Source of the DNA: Octopus sinensis
Taxonomy: Eukaryota
Length of the DNA: 64,000 bases
Direction of reading: 5' to 3'
Assembly: GCF_006345805.1 (NCBI RefSeq)
Contig: NC_043013.1
Coordinates: 36,208,001 to 36,272,000, forward strand
Within the stretch, counting starts at the first letter, position 1. Every line of letters begins with the position of its first letter. The notes beneath the pieces were generated by a model. The model did no database searches, was not told where the DNA came from, and saw only the letters and a list, made by a program, of their open reading frames with translations. The translations under genes were made by a program, and so were the position numbers. Shown here one piece after another: positions 52,721 to 64,000 of this stretch.

Positions 52721-53211
52721 TATATACACATGCACATACATAGATGTATACATACACATACACTATGCATAAATACAAAAATCTATCTAGGAAACATGTA
52801 GATTGGAACCTCACTCGCCTAGCTAGTCTGGAATCAAAAAGTGAATGTATATACGTATGTGTATGTATTTATGCACATATGAATGTATGTGTGTGTGTAA
52901 AGATATGCTCTCTCTCTCACACACACACACACATATATATGTATAGGCATACATACACAAATATCTACGCACACGTACTTGTAGACACTACCAATTATAT
53001 CTATCTCTTCATCAATACATACAAATAACACCCACTACACTCACAGAGTGGTTGGTGTTAGGAAGGGCATCCAGCTGTAGAAACACTGCCAAATCAGACT
53101 GGAGCCTGGTGCAGCCTCCATGGCTTACCAGACCCCGGTCGAACCGTCCAACCCATGCTAGCATGGAAAACGGACGTTAAATGATGATGATGATGATATA
53201 TATGTATTGAC

Positions 53212-53244
<33 letters not shown>

Positions 53245-53472
53245 TGTATGTATGTCATCTAAGAGTTCATAAGTCAAGAAAAAAATGTACCCGTATACCT
53301 GTCAATAGTGTGGGTTATATTATCTGTCACCATATTTCATTCCATATCGAGGACCTCTGATGAGCATAGGGTTACATAATTGGATTAGTACCTAACACTC
53401 TGCTGAATCCCTAGCATAAAACTGATTGGTAAAAGTCAGCCATAACGGATAAATAATACTGTACACTTCGAA

Positions 53473-53513
<41 letters not shown>

Positions 53514-53522
53514 CATATATAT

Positions 53523-53838
53523 TAATTGCCACTAAATGTGACTAGGGTGTTAAGAAACACCAACATTGCTAGAAATAAGAGCTAAAATGTTCTAATGCTG
53601 CAGTTAATGTACAAGAATGAAAACGTATACACTAACAGGAATCTGAATCGTCCAAAAAGTACTGATCAAAAATTGCTGAAATTGACGCCAGTATTAAGAA
53701 TTCTCGATCAGTACTTATCAGACAGTTTATACCCCTGTTAGTGCATATGTTTGCATTCATGTGTGTTAGAGCATTTTAGCTCTTATTTCTCACAATGTAC
53801 ATGCCCCTTAACACTCTAGTCCCATTTGGTGACAATTG
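53523..53838. mobile_element. MITE with ~70-bp imperfect TIRs
   Basis: Left AATTGCCACTAAATGTGACTAGGGTGTTAAG..AGAAATAAGAGCTAAAATGTTCTAA; right end reverse complement AATTGTCACCAAATGGGACTAGAGTGTTAAG..AGAAATAAGAGCTAAAATGCTCTAA. Confidence 0.85.
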
Positions 53839-54784
53839 TAATTCTCCTCTTTGGTGAAATATTGCCACCTGCTGTTTATATTAAATATCTTCATGTATAT
53901 TATACTGGCACTCTGTCGGTTACAACGCCAAGGGTTCCAGTTGAGCCGATCAACGGAACAGCCTGCTCATGAAATTAACGTGCAAGTGGCTGAGCATTCC
54001 ACAGACACGTGCACTTGTAATGTTGTTCGCAGGGAGATTCAGCATGACACAGAGTGTGACAAGGCTGGTCTCTTGAAATACAGGGACTACTCGTCTTGGC
54101 CATCTGAGTGGACTGGAGTAGCATAGAATAAAATGTCTTGCTCAAGGACACAACACAATGCTGAGAATTGAACTCACGACTTTACGTTGGTGAGCCAAAT
54201 ACCCTAACCATTAAGCCACGCACCTTCACATGTATTATGTTATATGAAAAATCCAAGAAAGAGAAAATTAGTAGCAGTCTACATTCGCAGATATCAATTA
54301 GTAAAAGACAATCTTTATATCTAACTTATAAAATCTGCCTCTTTTCAAACACTGATGTCACAAATAACTAGCAGGCTTATTATAAATTAATCATTAACGA
54401 TGGAAGTAGCATTAGTGACAAAATGCAATCATTATACATAACTTTACATAGATGTCATGCCATAACACCAAATACTGTGTTATTAGCCTTGAGAAAACTT
54501 GTCATATAGGTGCTTAGTGCCTAAAAGCACACACATAGATCATAGCAAATGAAAATTGTTTGTTATGGGCATCAGGGCTCCCATTTTACGTGATTTCAGT
54601 CTAGGTGACATTATCAGTGGGAGAAATCTAATCACCTCTCACCAGGTAAATTTCGCTGTTACGATATATAGAATGCATGATGTCCAGTAGGAAAAAAATC
54701 ATTTGATATGGAAGTTCCAGCGACCATAACAGACGATTCTAGTCTCTTACAATCTATGTGTATACTTTTATGCTGCAAGCAGTT

Positions 54785-55215
54785 ATACTCTTACTCTTTT
54801 ACACTTTAACTTGTTTCAGTCATTTGAGTGTACCATGTTGGAGCACCGCCTTTAGTCAAGCAAATCGACCCCAGGACTTATTCTTTGTAAGCAGAGTACT
54901 TATTCTATCGGTGTCTTTTGCCGAACTGCTAAGTTATGGGGATGTAAACACACCAGCATCGGTTGTCAAGCGATGTTGGGGGGACGAACACAGACACACA
55001 AACACATACATACACATGCATATATATATATATATATATATACATATATACGATGGGCTTCTTTCAGTTTCCATCTACCAAATCCATTCTCAAGGCTTTG
55101 GTCGGCCTGAGGCTATAGTTGAAGACACTTGCCCAAGGTGCCATGCAGTGGGACTGAACCCGGAGCCATGTAGTTGGTAAGCAAGCTATTTATCACACAG
55201 CCACTGCACGCCTAT
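54785..55215 (-). mobile_element. SINE family A, full length
   Basis: Aligns to the family consensus. Confidence 0.92.
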
Positions 55216-55740
55216 ATGAGAAATTATCTCAAATATTCTGTGTTCTAACAAGACATAAATGTTAGGTTGGACCTAAAGATTGCTTTTTTGTAATAATAAT
55301 GCTTCTGTTGCTAAAAATTAATTTTCAATTTTTAGAATTTTCAAATCTGAGCAACAATGAAAATGAAATAAAAAACGTCAGGTGAAAAGCATTACAGTTT
55401 TGTATATGATTCTTTAAAATAATTAGAAGAATAATTGTAGAAGACATTCTAATAACAAAAGTAAGCCAAAAGAATAGACCCACATCTACAACACACACAA
55501 AATGAACATTGGGATTTAACTACCTCCTAATTTTAAAATCTGGAGGAAAACACTTGACCAAAGCACCATGTGGTGGGATTGGATTGAACCTGAAACCATG
55601 CAGTTGGGAAGTAAACTTCTTAACGACACAGTCATGACTACAGCTTTTGTAGTGAGACTAAACTTGAAAGCATGGAAACAGATAGACAGACAAATAGAAA
55701 GACAGAGAGACAGATAGATAAATAGATAGATAGATAGATT

Positions 55741-56080
55741 ATGTTTCTTTATTAGCCACACAGGGCTGCACACAGACGGGACAGATTACAAAGTAGAGCT
55801 TTTCTTTTTTGGGGAGAAAGAAAAAAAGAAGGTGGGGTAGGTTTTCAATCAAAAGGGATCGTAAAAGGGAAAGAAGAAGAAAAAAAGAAAAGAAAAAGAA
55901 AAGGAGCAAAAGGAAAAAACAATCAATAGGGATCGTGTATCACAGTGTCATGAGGTAAGGTATAAAGGGGGAAGCAGATAAGGTTTATCCGTGGGAAGAA
56001 AAGCCTACGGAAAAGACAACAGTAACCTCGGTCAATATTGTTACATGTTACCACATTTGTTTGCAAGTAGGTAACCCTCT
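55741..56080 (-). mobile_element. Probable LINE 3' UTR embedded in (GATA)n
   Basis: Minus strand ends CCCTGTGTGGCTAATAAAGAAACAT followed by (CTAT)n, resembling the SINE-B tail; (GATA)n on both sides. No coding part seen. Confidence 0.5.
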
Positions 56081-56084
56081 GTTT

Positions 56085-56494
<410 letters not shown>

Positions 56495-57284
56495 CTCACC
56501 TCACACACGCATGTGAGTGGATACACACAAACACACACAGAGGTCTTCAGTGTGGGGTTCTATCTTCAAAATTCCATTCCCAAGTTCATCACTCAACCCA
56601 AAACTACAGCAGAAGACAATACTTACCTAAGGCACCATGCTACAGGACCAAATCTTGAACCTTTAACCTCATGATGGCAAATGGAATTTTCTATGCATCT
56701 GGTCATAGCTTAATTCAATAGTCAGAATTCAAACCCCCTCAGGGTCCATGAACTTCTCTAAACTTACAGACAATTCCTTATAAGTTCAGGTAGACTTTAC
56801 CAATTTGTTTCATCATAGAATCACATAAATGAATACATGAAGTAGATGCTACCTTTCCTAACTTGGCTTTATATTAATTCCCAATATATAATTAATTATA
56901 TCAAAATGGAGATTAATATTCTTCCAATTTAATGATATAATTAGAAACAAATGTTTTTCTTTATTTAATGAAATATAAAATTAATAAATTTATTAATGAA
57001 CTGGGCCATTTCAAAAGTGATCTGTGTGTGTGTGTGTTCATGTATGTATATATATATATATACAAAGATAGAAATACGCACGCATACACACACACACACA
57101 TATATGTATATGTGTGTGTGTGTATATATACATACATACATATATATGTGTGTGTATGTATGTATATATGCACACATGTACATGCATAGGTATATATATT
57201 TTGACATGTGCATATGTGAATGCATATACATATATAATTATGTGTGTGTATACATGTGTATATGTGTGTGTGTTTTTATATGTG

Positions 57285-57318
<34 letters not shown>

Positions 57319-57319
57319 A

Positions 57320-57353
<34 letters not shown>

Positions 57354-57403
57354 GTATATGTATATATGTATGTATATGTGTGTGTATATATACATATACA
57401 TAC

Positions 57404-57434
<31 letters not shown>

Positions 57435-57528
57435 CATATATATATATATATAGGTAGATAGATAGATAGATTGATAGATAGACAGATACATAGATACATA
57501 GATATATATAATACTTACATGTGAGCAA

Positions 57529-57566
<38 letters not shown>

Positions 57567-57744
57567 GTGTGTGTGTGTATATGTGTGTATTTATATGCAT
57601 GCCTGTATGTAAACTAATGCATACATATTTTGATGATTTCTCTATTTTAATAAAAATGAGGGAAGCATTAATTAGTGTTGTCTGAATTTAGCCTGTTGCT
57701 GTTATTCCAATTGTTATTCATTCTCATTTTCTTTATTTTGTAAT

Positions 57745-58152
57745 ACTCTTTACTCTTTACTCTTTTTACTTGTTTCAGTCATTTGACTGCGGCCATGCTG
57801 GAGCACCGCCTTTAGTCGAGCAACTCGACCCCGGGACTTATTCTTTGTAAGCCCAGTACTTATTCTATCGGTCTCTTTTTGCCGAACCGCTAAGTGACAG
57901 GGACGTAAACACACCAGCATCGGTTGTCAAGCTATGCTAGGGGGACAAACACACACACACACACACATACATACATATATATATATACGACAGGCTTCTT
58001 TCAGTTTCCGTCTACCAATTCCACTCACAAGGCATTGGTCGGCCCGGGGCTATAGCAGAAGACACTTGCCCAAGATGCCACGCAGTGGGACTGAACCTGG
58101 AAACATGTGGTTGGTTAGCAAGCTACTTACCACACAGCCACTCCTGCGCCTA
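57745..58152 (-). mobile_element. SINE family A, youngest copy in the window
   Basis: Most CpGs retained (GCGGCC, CACCGCC, CGACCCCGGG, CACGCAG, CTGCGCC). Confidence 0.95.
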
Positions 58153-58164
58153 TAATTACTGCTT

Positions 58165-58200
58165 GGGCTCGTCCGGGATTCGAACCCGGGACCTCTCGCA
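58165..58200 (-). tRNA. tRNA-Pro 3' half only (fragment or pseudogene)
   Basis: Minus strand TGCGAGAGGTCCCGGGTTCGAATCCCGGACGAGCCC equals the eukaryotic tRNA-Pro 3' anticodon stem, T arm and acceptor strand; no 5' half, no CCA. Confidence 0.85.
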
Positions 58201-58225
58201 GTGTAAATTTTTTTAAATACAATGC

Positions 58226-58271
<46 letters not shown>

Positions 58272-58565
58272 ATGCATGACGTACTGGCTTGGTTCTGTGG
58301 TTTGAATTTGTCCCTTTACAGCCACACGATCTCGGCTACAGTCTTACTGTGTAATAACTTTGGCTAATGTTTTATTCTATAGCCCTAGGCCAACCACTGC
58401 CCTATAAGTTCAGCTGACAGTGAGCGGTGTTAGAGGAATAAAATGAGAGAATGAATAAAGTTGCGATTTTAAAGTCAGTTCTTCATGAAACTGAACTTAA
58501 TATCATTTTCCTTGTTAAATATATTCTCAAATTTATGTTAGTTTCGTATTCAGTATAGGTGCAGG

Positions 58566-58861
58566 CAGTGGTGGACTGGGTCTTAAAAATATTGGTTGCC
58601 AGGAGACTAAGGGGGCCCACCTGCAGCTACAATGCTATCATTTAATTTCTTTTTTTTTTGTTAAAAGTATTCTTTTCAACTGTCTACAAACACAGCCAGG
58701 CTGAAATAATTAATGCATTCTACCAGGACTGGACAAAAAATTCTCAAACTTATGGGGATAGGGCCACTTAAATACTAACACGGGCCCCCATATATGGATT
58801 CTAATGGCGCAGGAACTCACTTGCCATCAAGCAAGCTGGCAACCTGACCACTCCGCCATTG
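58566..58861. mobile_element. hAT-type MITE inserted into the 5' end of a SINE-A
   Basis: TIR CAGTGGTGGACTGG ... CCACTCCGCCATTG; 8-bp flanks GGTGCAGG / GGCACAGG; SINE head continues at 58862. Confidence 0.75.
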
Positions 58862-59829
58862 GGCACAGGTATGGCTTTGTGGTAAGAAGTTTGCTTCCCA
58901 ACCACATGGTTCCAAATTTAGTCCTGTCTTATGGCATCTTGTGTAGGTGTCTTCTGTTACAGCTCCAAGCTGACCAAAATTTCATGGGTGGATTTGTTAG
59001 ACTGAAGCAAAAAGTAACCCTTTGTATATTTTTTTCCTTTTATTTGTTTCAGTCATTTGACTGTGGCCATGCTGGAGCAATGCCTTAAAGAGTTTGGTTT
59101 TTGTTGTTGAAGAAATCAACTCCAGGACTTATTCTATTGAGGACGTAAACATACTAACATCAGTTGTCAAGCAATGGTGCGGGGGAGACAAACACAGACA
59201 CAGACAGCTCGATACAGCTTGGCACCAGTGACATCATAACTCATTTCTATGGCTGAGTAAACTGGAGCAATGTGAAATAAAATGTCTTGCTCAAGAATAC
59301 AACACAGGGCCTACCCTTGGGAATTGAACTCACCACCTCATGATTGTGAGCCCACATTATTAAGGCCTCTATTTTAATAGAACATCGTTAGAAATATTTA
59401 CTTTGATGTTAAAATCAGTTTAAAAATTTTACTTGAATTTTACAATCAGTTTTTCTTTTACTCTGCAAACTTTTTTCTGTTTTCCTTTTTTCTTTTCCTC
59501 TGGACTAATTGTGCCATACATGATCACTACTGTTTAGAAATGTTAAGATCTTTAAAACAACCAAGTTCACTGCTGAAAAATCTGTTAACCATTTTGATGT
59601 ACCTCCAGTCAGAAACAAAATAACCAAATAAGAAACCTTTTAAAGGTTTATGACAATTTCCTTATACGTTCAAACCTGCTGGAACATTACTTGTCTGAAG
59701 AATTTCAATTTATAACTGGTTGTATAAAAAGAGAGAGAGCCACTACATGGTCATTTGATTGGCTGAAAACAGCAGCAGCCAACCCACCTTCAGATCATAC
59801 TTATTACCTTTATAAAAATAATAATAATA

Positions 59830-60085
59830 AAAATGAAATTATTGCATACAGGGCTCAGGTGCACCACAACTTGTCAAAAGTGTGTATAAAGCATATGCAG
59901 TAATGTACAAATATCTAGAAAGTGAACAGTGTATGAGTCAGATCCATGCTCGCATGTGTATGGAGGGGAGAAAATCAGGTGTAGTGTTGGCGAATCTCAG
60001 GAAGCATGGAAGTTTTGAAGAATGCAGTGTTCTGACAACTAACAACTGATGCTGGCAGTTTGTTCCATGCTTCAGGATATATTGT
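59830..60085 (-). mobile_element. CR1/L2-group LINE 3' end
   Basis: EAWNKLPASVVSCQNTAFFKTSMLPEIRQHYT*, a typical WN.LP C-terminal motif, followed by a 3' UTR ending in (ATT)n. Confidence 0.65.
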
Positions 60086-61286
60086 ATAACACAAGCCTGG
60101 GTTCTTTATACATACAAAAAAATAAATGACTGGTGTGCTTGACAGGAACTGATCTAGGCTTAAAACAACATCAGCAACTAGAATCAACAACAAACAATAA
60201 CAATAGCAACATTTTATTTTGTACGAACATCTGCAACACTTTCGGAGCTTCTACTATGCACATTCAAGAAGAGGGGCATACATTTGCATACATACATTAA
60301 CAAACAAACCCAAACTCTAATTTCTTCAAAGAACGGAAATGACCCAGTTGTCTGATGCATTGTTGGTGCTACTTAGCAGGAAAAAGAGACAGGAATACGG
60401 TAAAACTGTGTCTTATGATTTAAATATTTTTTATTAATATTTAAATCTAATTGATTATCTCTGTATTTTGACAAAAATCGATTTATTATTAACTTAAAGT
60501 CTTATTTATAGTTTTGGATACATATGTATAAATAGAATTATTGGATAATGATAATTATTTGTTTATTGAATTTTTCATTGATTTTCTAAGAAAGGAATTC
60601 ACATATAATTCCTTTCTTATGCCTATAATTGATTGTAGAATGTGTTTCGATAATTTTTACCAAAGTATTTCTTTATAATTTTATTTATTATGAATGAATG
60701 TATGTAAATGGACACACTGCTGTTTCAATGTGCATAGCAGATGCTCCAAAAGTGTTGCATATGATGACAACAAAAGACATAAAATTGTTGTTGTTGCAGT
60801 TTAATCTAAAGTCAGTTATGATTGAGTAGACACTGTTCTTTTAGGCACTAGGCCTAAAAATTTAGGGAAGGGGGCTAGGTGATGGCATTGTCTCTACTGC
60901 CCAACTGGTACTCATTTTATCAAGCTTGAAAGAACAAAAGGCAAAGTTGACCCTAGGTGCATATGAACTAATGGTACTGCAAGCTCACAGCCAAATGATA
61001 ATAATAATGATAATAATAATTATAATAATAATAATGATGATAATGATGATAATAATAATAATCCTTTCTACTGAAGGCACAAGGCCTCAGATTTGTGGGG
61101 AGGGGGCCAGTTGATCACATCAACCCAGTGTTTTACCGGTACTTAATTTATCGACACCAAAAGGATGAAAGGCAAAGTCGACCTTGGCGGAATTTCAACT
61201 TAAAATGTAACGGCAGACAGAATACTGCTAAGCATTTCACCTGGGTTGCTAACAACTCTGTAAGCTTGCTACCTTAATAATAATAG

Positions 61287-61319
<33 letters not shown>

Positions 61320-61344
61320 GACGACTACTACTACTACTACTACG

Positions 61345-61384
<40 letters not shown>

Positions 61385-61403
61385 ATAATAATAATAATAA
61401 TAA

Positions 61404-61950
61404 GATGCCCTGATGCAGTACCAGGCACTGGCTCTCGTGACTTCTGATCTTAACTGATTGGGAGTGTTATCATGTACATTGTTTAGTCTTGGTATAAAAG
61501 ATGAGCTACAGCAAATATTCTGCTCCATACCACAGATTTGCTTGTCAGTTGCTTGATCTTCACCAGTTGAGCATCTCTGATATGTGCATCTCTGATCATG
61601 GGCTGAAGTAGTGGGGGAGCATCGTAGCCATATGTTGAGGAATTCATTTGAATTTGAATAATTCACCTTTAGAAATGCAGGTGTTTTATTCAACATGCTT
61701 AAACAAACCTTATTCAAGGATCATTTGAGTGGGATGAGCCACTCTGCTTGAAAAACATTCTAGCTGGGCCCCACCTGCAAGGTCATGTGCTGTTTATCTT
61801 GATATGAGATCATCATGTTGCACACATATGGTTGTGATGCATGTGCCTCGTGTGCCCTTATCAGACAGGTAGTCACGATGGGTGTACTGGGCTTTGTATA
61901 TTTTACCCCAGTGTCACCTTGATGGCATGAACTGCTTTCTCACTCAATAA
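61404..61950 (+). mobile_element. ~560-bp non-coding interspersed repeat, copy 2
   Basis: Aligns with 45071-45635; preceded by (AAT)n. Confidence 0.85.
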
Positions 61951-62227
61951 CATGATGATGATGATAAAAAATGTTTTAGCATCCACTTTTCTATATTTTC
62001 ATGGGTCAGACACAACATATATATATATATGCATATATATGACGGGCTTCTTTCTGTTTCCATCTACCAAATCCACTCACAAGGCTTTGGTTGGCCTGAG
62101 GCTAGAGTAGAAGACGCTTGCCCAAGGTGCCACGCAGTGGGACAGAACCCTGAACCATATGGTTGGTAAGCAAGCGACTTACCACAAAGCCATTCCTACG
62201 CATATATACCAAAAATTAAAATTTTGG

Positions 62228-62296
62228 ACATAAAGTTACCAAAGGTTTCCTATCCACAAAGCCAAAGCCTTGTGGAGGGCTCGTCAGACTCTATAC
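62228..62296 (-). ncRNA. Type I hammerhead ribozyme (predicted)
   Basis: Minus strand: stem I TATAGAGT / CTGACGA / stem II hairpin TCCACAAGGC-TTTG-GCTTTGTGGA / GAAA / stem III (A)CC-TTT-GG(T) / GTA cleavage triplet / ACTTTATG pairing to stem I. Confidence 0.75.
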
Positions 62297-62364
62297 AAAG
62301 ACAAAAAATTTAAACCTTCTACGTCAGGGACGTGAAGAAATGCTTAGAAATTGAGATTTAAGTC

Positions 62365-62922
62365 TTAATATAAAAACGTTGATGAGGACGGGTTGTCTAC
62401 TCTGAACCAGAGGATAAAACACCCTTTACAGACCTGAAAAAGCCTAACCAACAAACGAGAAGATCCGATTTTCCAGTAGGCAGTGCTTGAAGTGAACACA
62501 TTTAGAAAAACTTCTTTACAACTATTTAACATGCCAGGTTTAGAATAGTCCTTAAGAATTTTGGCTCTCTCTGCGATGCAGATTTTGCAACTGCCACTCT
62601 CATTAATATATGGTCCTGGATGAACTATTATTTTCCACCTGATATCACATGGGGTCCCTTGATCTTTGAAGTGCCACACATGGAGGGCCAGGGATGTGAC
62701 AAACAGTATTTCTGGGACTCTGATGGATGACCGGTGGTTGCAGAAGTGATGTTTGAAAGATGTGCTGGCAAATCCAATATATTTACAAATTTGGGATGTG
62801 GCTATTTTTGCACTCCTGGTATATCTGACAGGCTCTAGGACTAGGGATACTGTTGGTAACACCGTTGCTGACACAGTCGATATGGCACAATAATTTGGTG
62901 GTGTTATCGTTGTGGTTATCAT
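62365..62922 (-). pseudogene. Penelope-type GIY-YIG endonuclease remnant
   Basis: KYIGFASTSFKHHFCNHRSSI..TSLALHVW.FKD..IRWKI..PY..SCKICIAE..I..LN; a +1 shift after KEVF restores SKCVH..LLEN*; the conserved Arg position reads His (CAC). Confidence 0.88.
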
Positions 62923-63015
62923 TATTAGTCACATGGTTTGTGTTAGTGCAAGTTAAGACTTAAATCTAAATTTCCTCACATCTGCAACATAGAAAGTTTA
63001 AATTCTTTGTCCTTG

Positions 63016-63083
63016 AATAGAGTCCTATGAGCTGCCCACAAGGCTTTGGCTTTGTGGATACAAAATCTTTGGTAACTCTGTGT
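63016..63083 (+). ncRNA. Hammerhead ribozyme, inverted copy with decayed core
   Basis: AATAGAGT-CCTATGA-G..CCACAAGGCTTTGGCTTTGTGG..C-AAAA-TCTTTG-GTA-ACTCTGTG; stem I perfect (AGAGT/ACTCT), both core boxes mutated. Confidence 0.6.
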
Positions 63084-63193
63084 CCAAAATTTAAATTTTT
63101 GCTGTAATGATTACTGCTCTATTCTTTTGAGTGTGCCTCTTTTCTGATATATGTTTTATTGACTGCATATATACATATATATATATATAATAT

Positions 63194-63249
<56 letters not shown>

Positions 63250-63448
63250 TAGATATAGATATATATACACACATACACATGTATGTAAGTATATATGTAT
63301 ATCTATTTCTATTTATCTATCTATCTCCATCAGTTCACACCTTCAGACACACACACACACACACGTGTGTATAAACACACGTGTGTTTGTTTCTTTGTGA
63401 ACTGATATAATGTTTCTGAGATTAAACTTTTACATTCATCTGTGTGAG

Positions 63449-63479
<31 letters not shown>

Positions 63480-63488
63480 GTATATATG

Positions 63489-63519
<31 letters not shown>

Positions 63520-63752
63520 CTTATGTTATGCATGAATAAATATATAATTGCATATGTATCATCAATGCATACGTGGATGTCTGCATAGATCAATGTATAA
63601 TAGATATAAATAAATTCTAATGACACTCACGCATGCACATGCACACACATACATACACACATACACACACATATATATAGATAAACAGAGACACACACAC
63701 ACATATATATATATATATACACACACATATATTTAAATATATGAACATATAT

Positions 63753-63796
<44 letters not shown>

Positions 63797-64000
63797 ATAG
63801 ATATACATACTTATACATACATATATATATATATATCTATGTATATATATGTGTATATATATGTGTGTGTGTGTGTATGTATATATACACATATATATGC
63901 TTATGTGTATGTACACACTCATATACATAATCATATATATATTCTTTCTCACTGATAATGACTCTCACGCATACACATGCTCACACACATCGCACATCAT

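Larger units (their letters stand above)
62210..63101 (-). mobile_element. Penelope-like element: GIY-YIG remnant between inverted ribozyme-bearing terminal repeats
   Basis: 62210-62368 is the reverse complement of 62953-63101 apart from substitutions and one short indel; the interior encodes a PLE-type endonuclease. Confidence 0.88.

Noticed and set aside
53345-53440. CTGATGAG with a partial stem II next to (TA)n, a hammerhead candidate
   Set aside because: GAAA box mutated, and I could not build stem I or a cleavage triplet; may be a decayed PLE end but is not supportable by eye.
58160-58185. tRNA-Pro primer-binding site of an LTR element
   Set aside because: Lacks the TGG complementary to CCA, extends 36 nt into the tRNA, and no LTR or gag-pol is nearby.

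Overview
Repeat-dominated eukaryotic DNA, almost certainly octopus/cephalopod, judged from the tRNA-derived SINE families, microsatellite load and LINE types. No host protein-coding gene can be supported. Nearly all ORFs in the track are microsatellite, SINE or satellite artefacts; the real coding signals are decayed transposon pieces. Contents: (1) three SINE families in many copies, including a head-to-tail array of about 7 SINE heads at 7.5-8.75 kb; (2) a Tc1/mariner pseudogene with DD36E spacing at 15.4-16.8 kb, caught in a ~1.8-kb tandem duplication; (3) a 7.2-kb satellite at 31.9-39.1 kb built on a 26-bp monomer, with internal orientation flips, a 234-bp higher-order repeat and a stepwise 106->62->36-bp homogenised block; (4) fragments of R4/Dong, Hero-like, RTE, Tx1/L1 and CR1-like LINEs and a mariner; (5) several TIR-bounded MITEs; (6) most notably, a ~890-bp element at 62.2-63.1 kb in which a Penelope-type GIY-YIG endonuclease remnant, with no reverse transcriptase, sits between ~150-bp inverted repeats that each fold into a hammerhead ribozyme. 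All calls are by eye; boundaries are approximate unless a TIR, TSD or codon is quoted.
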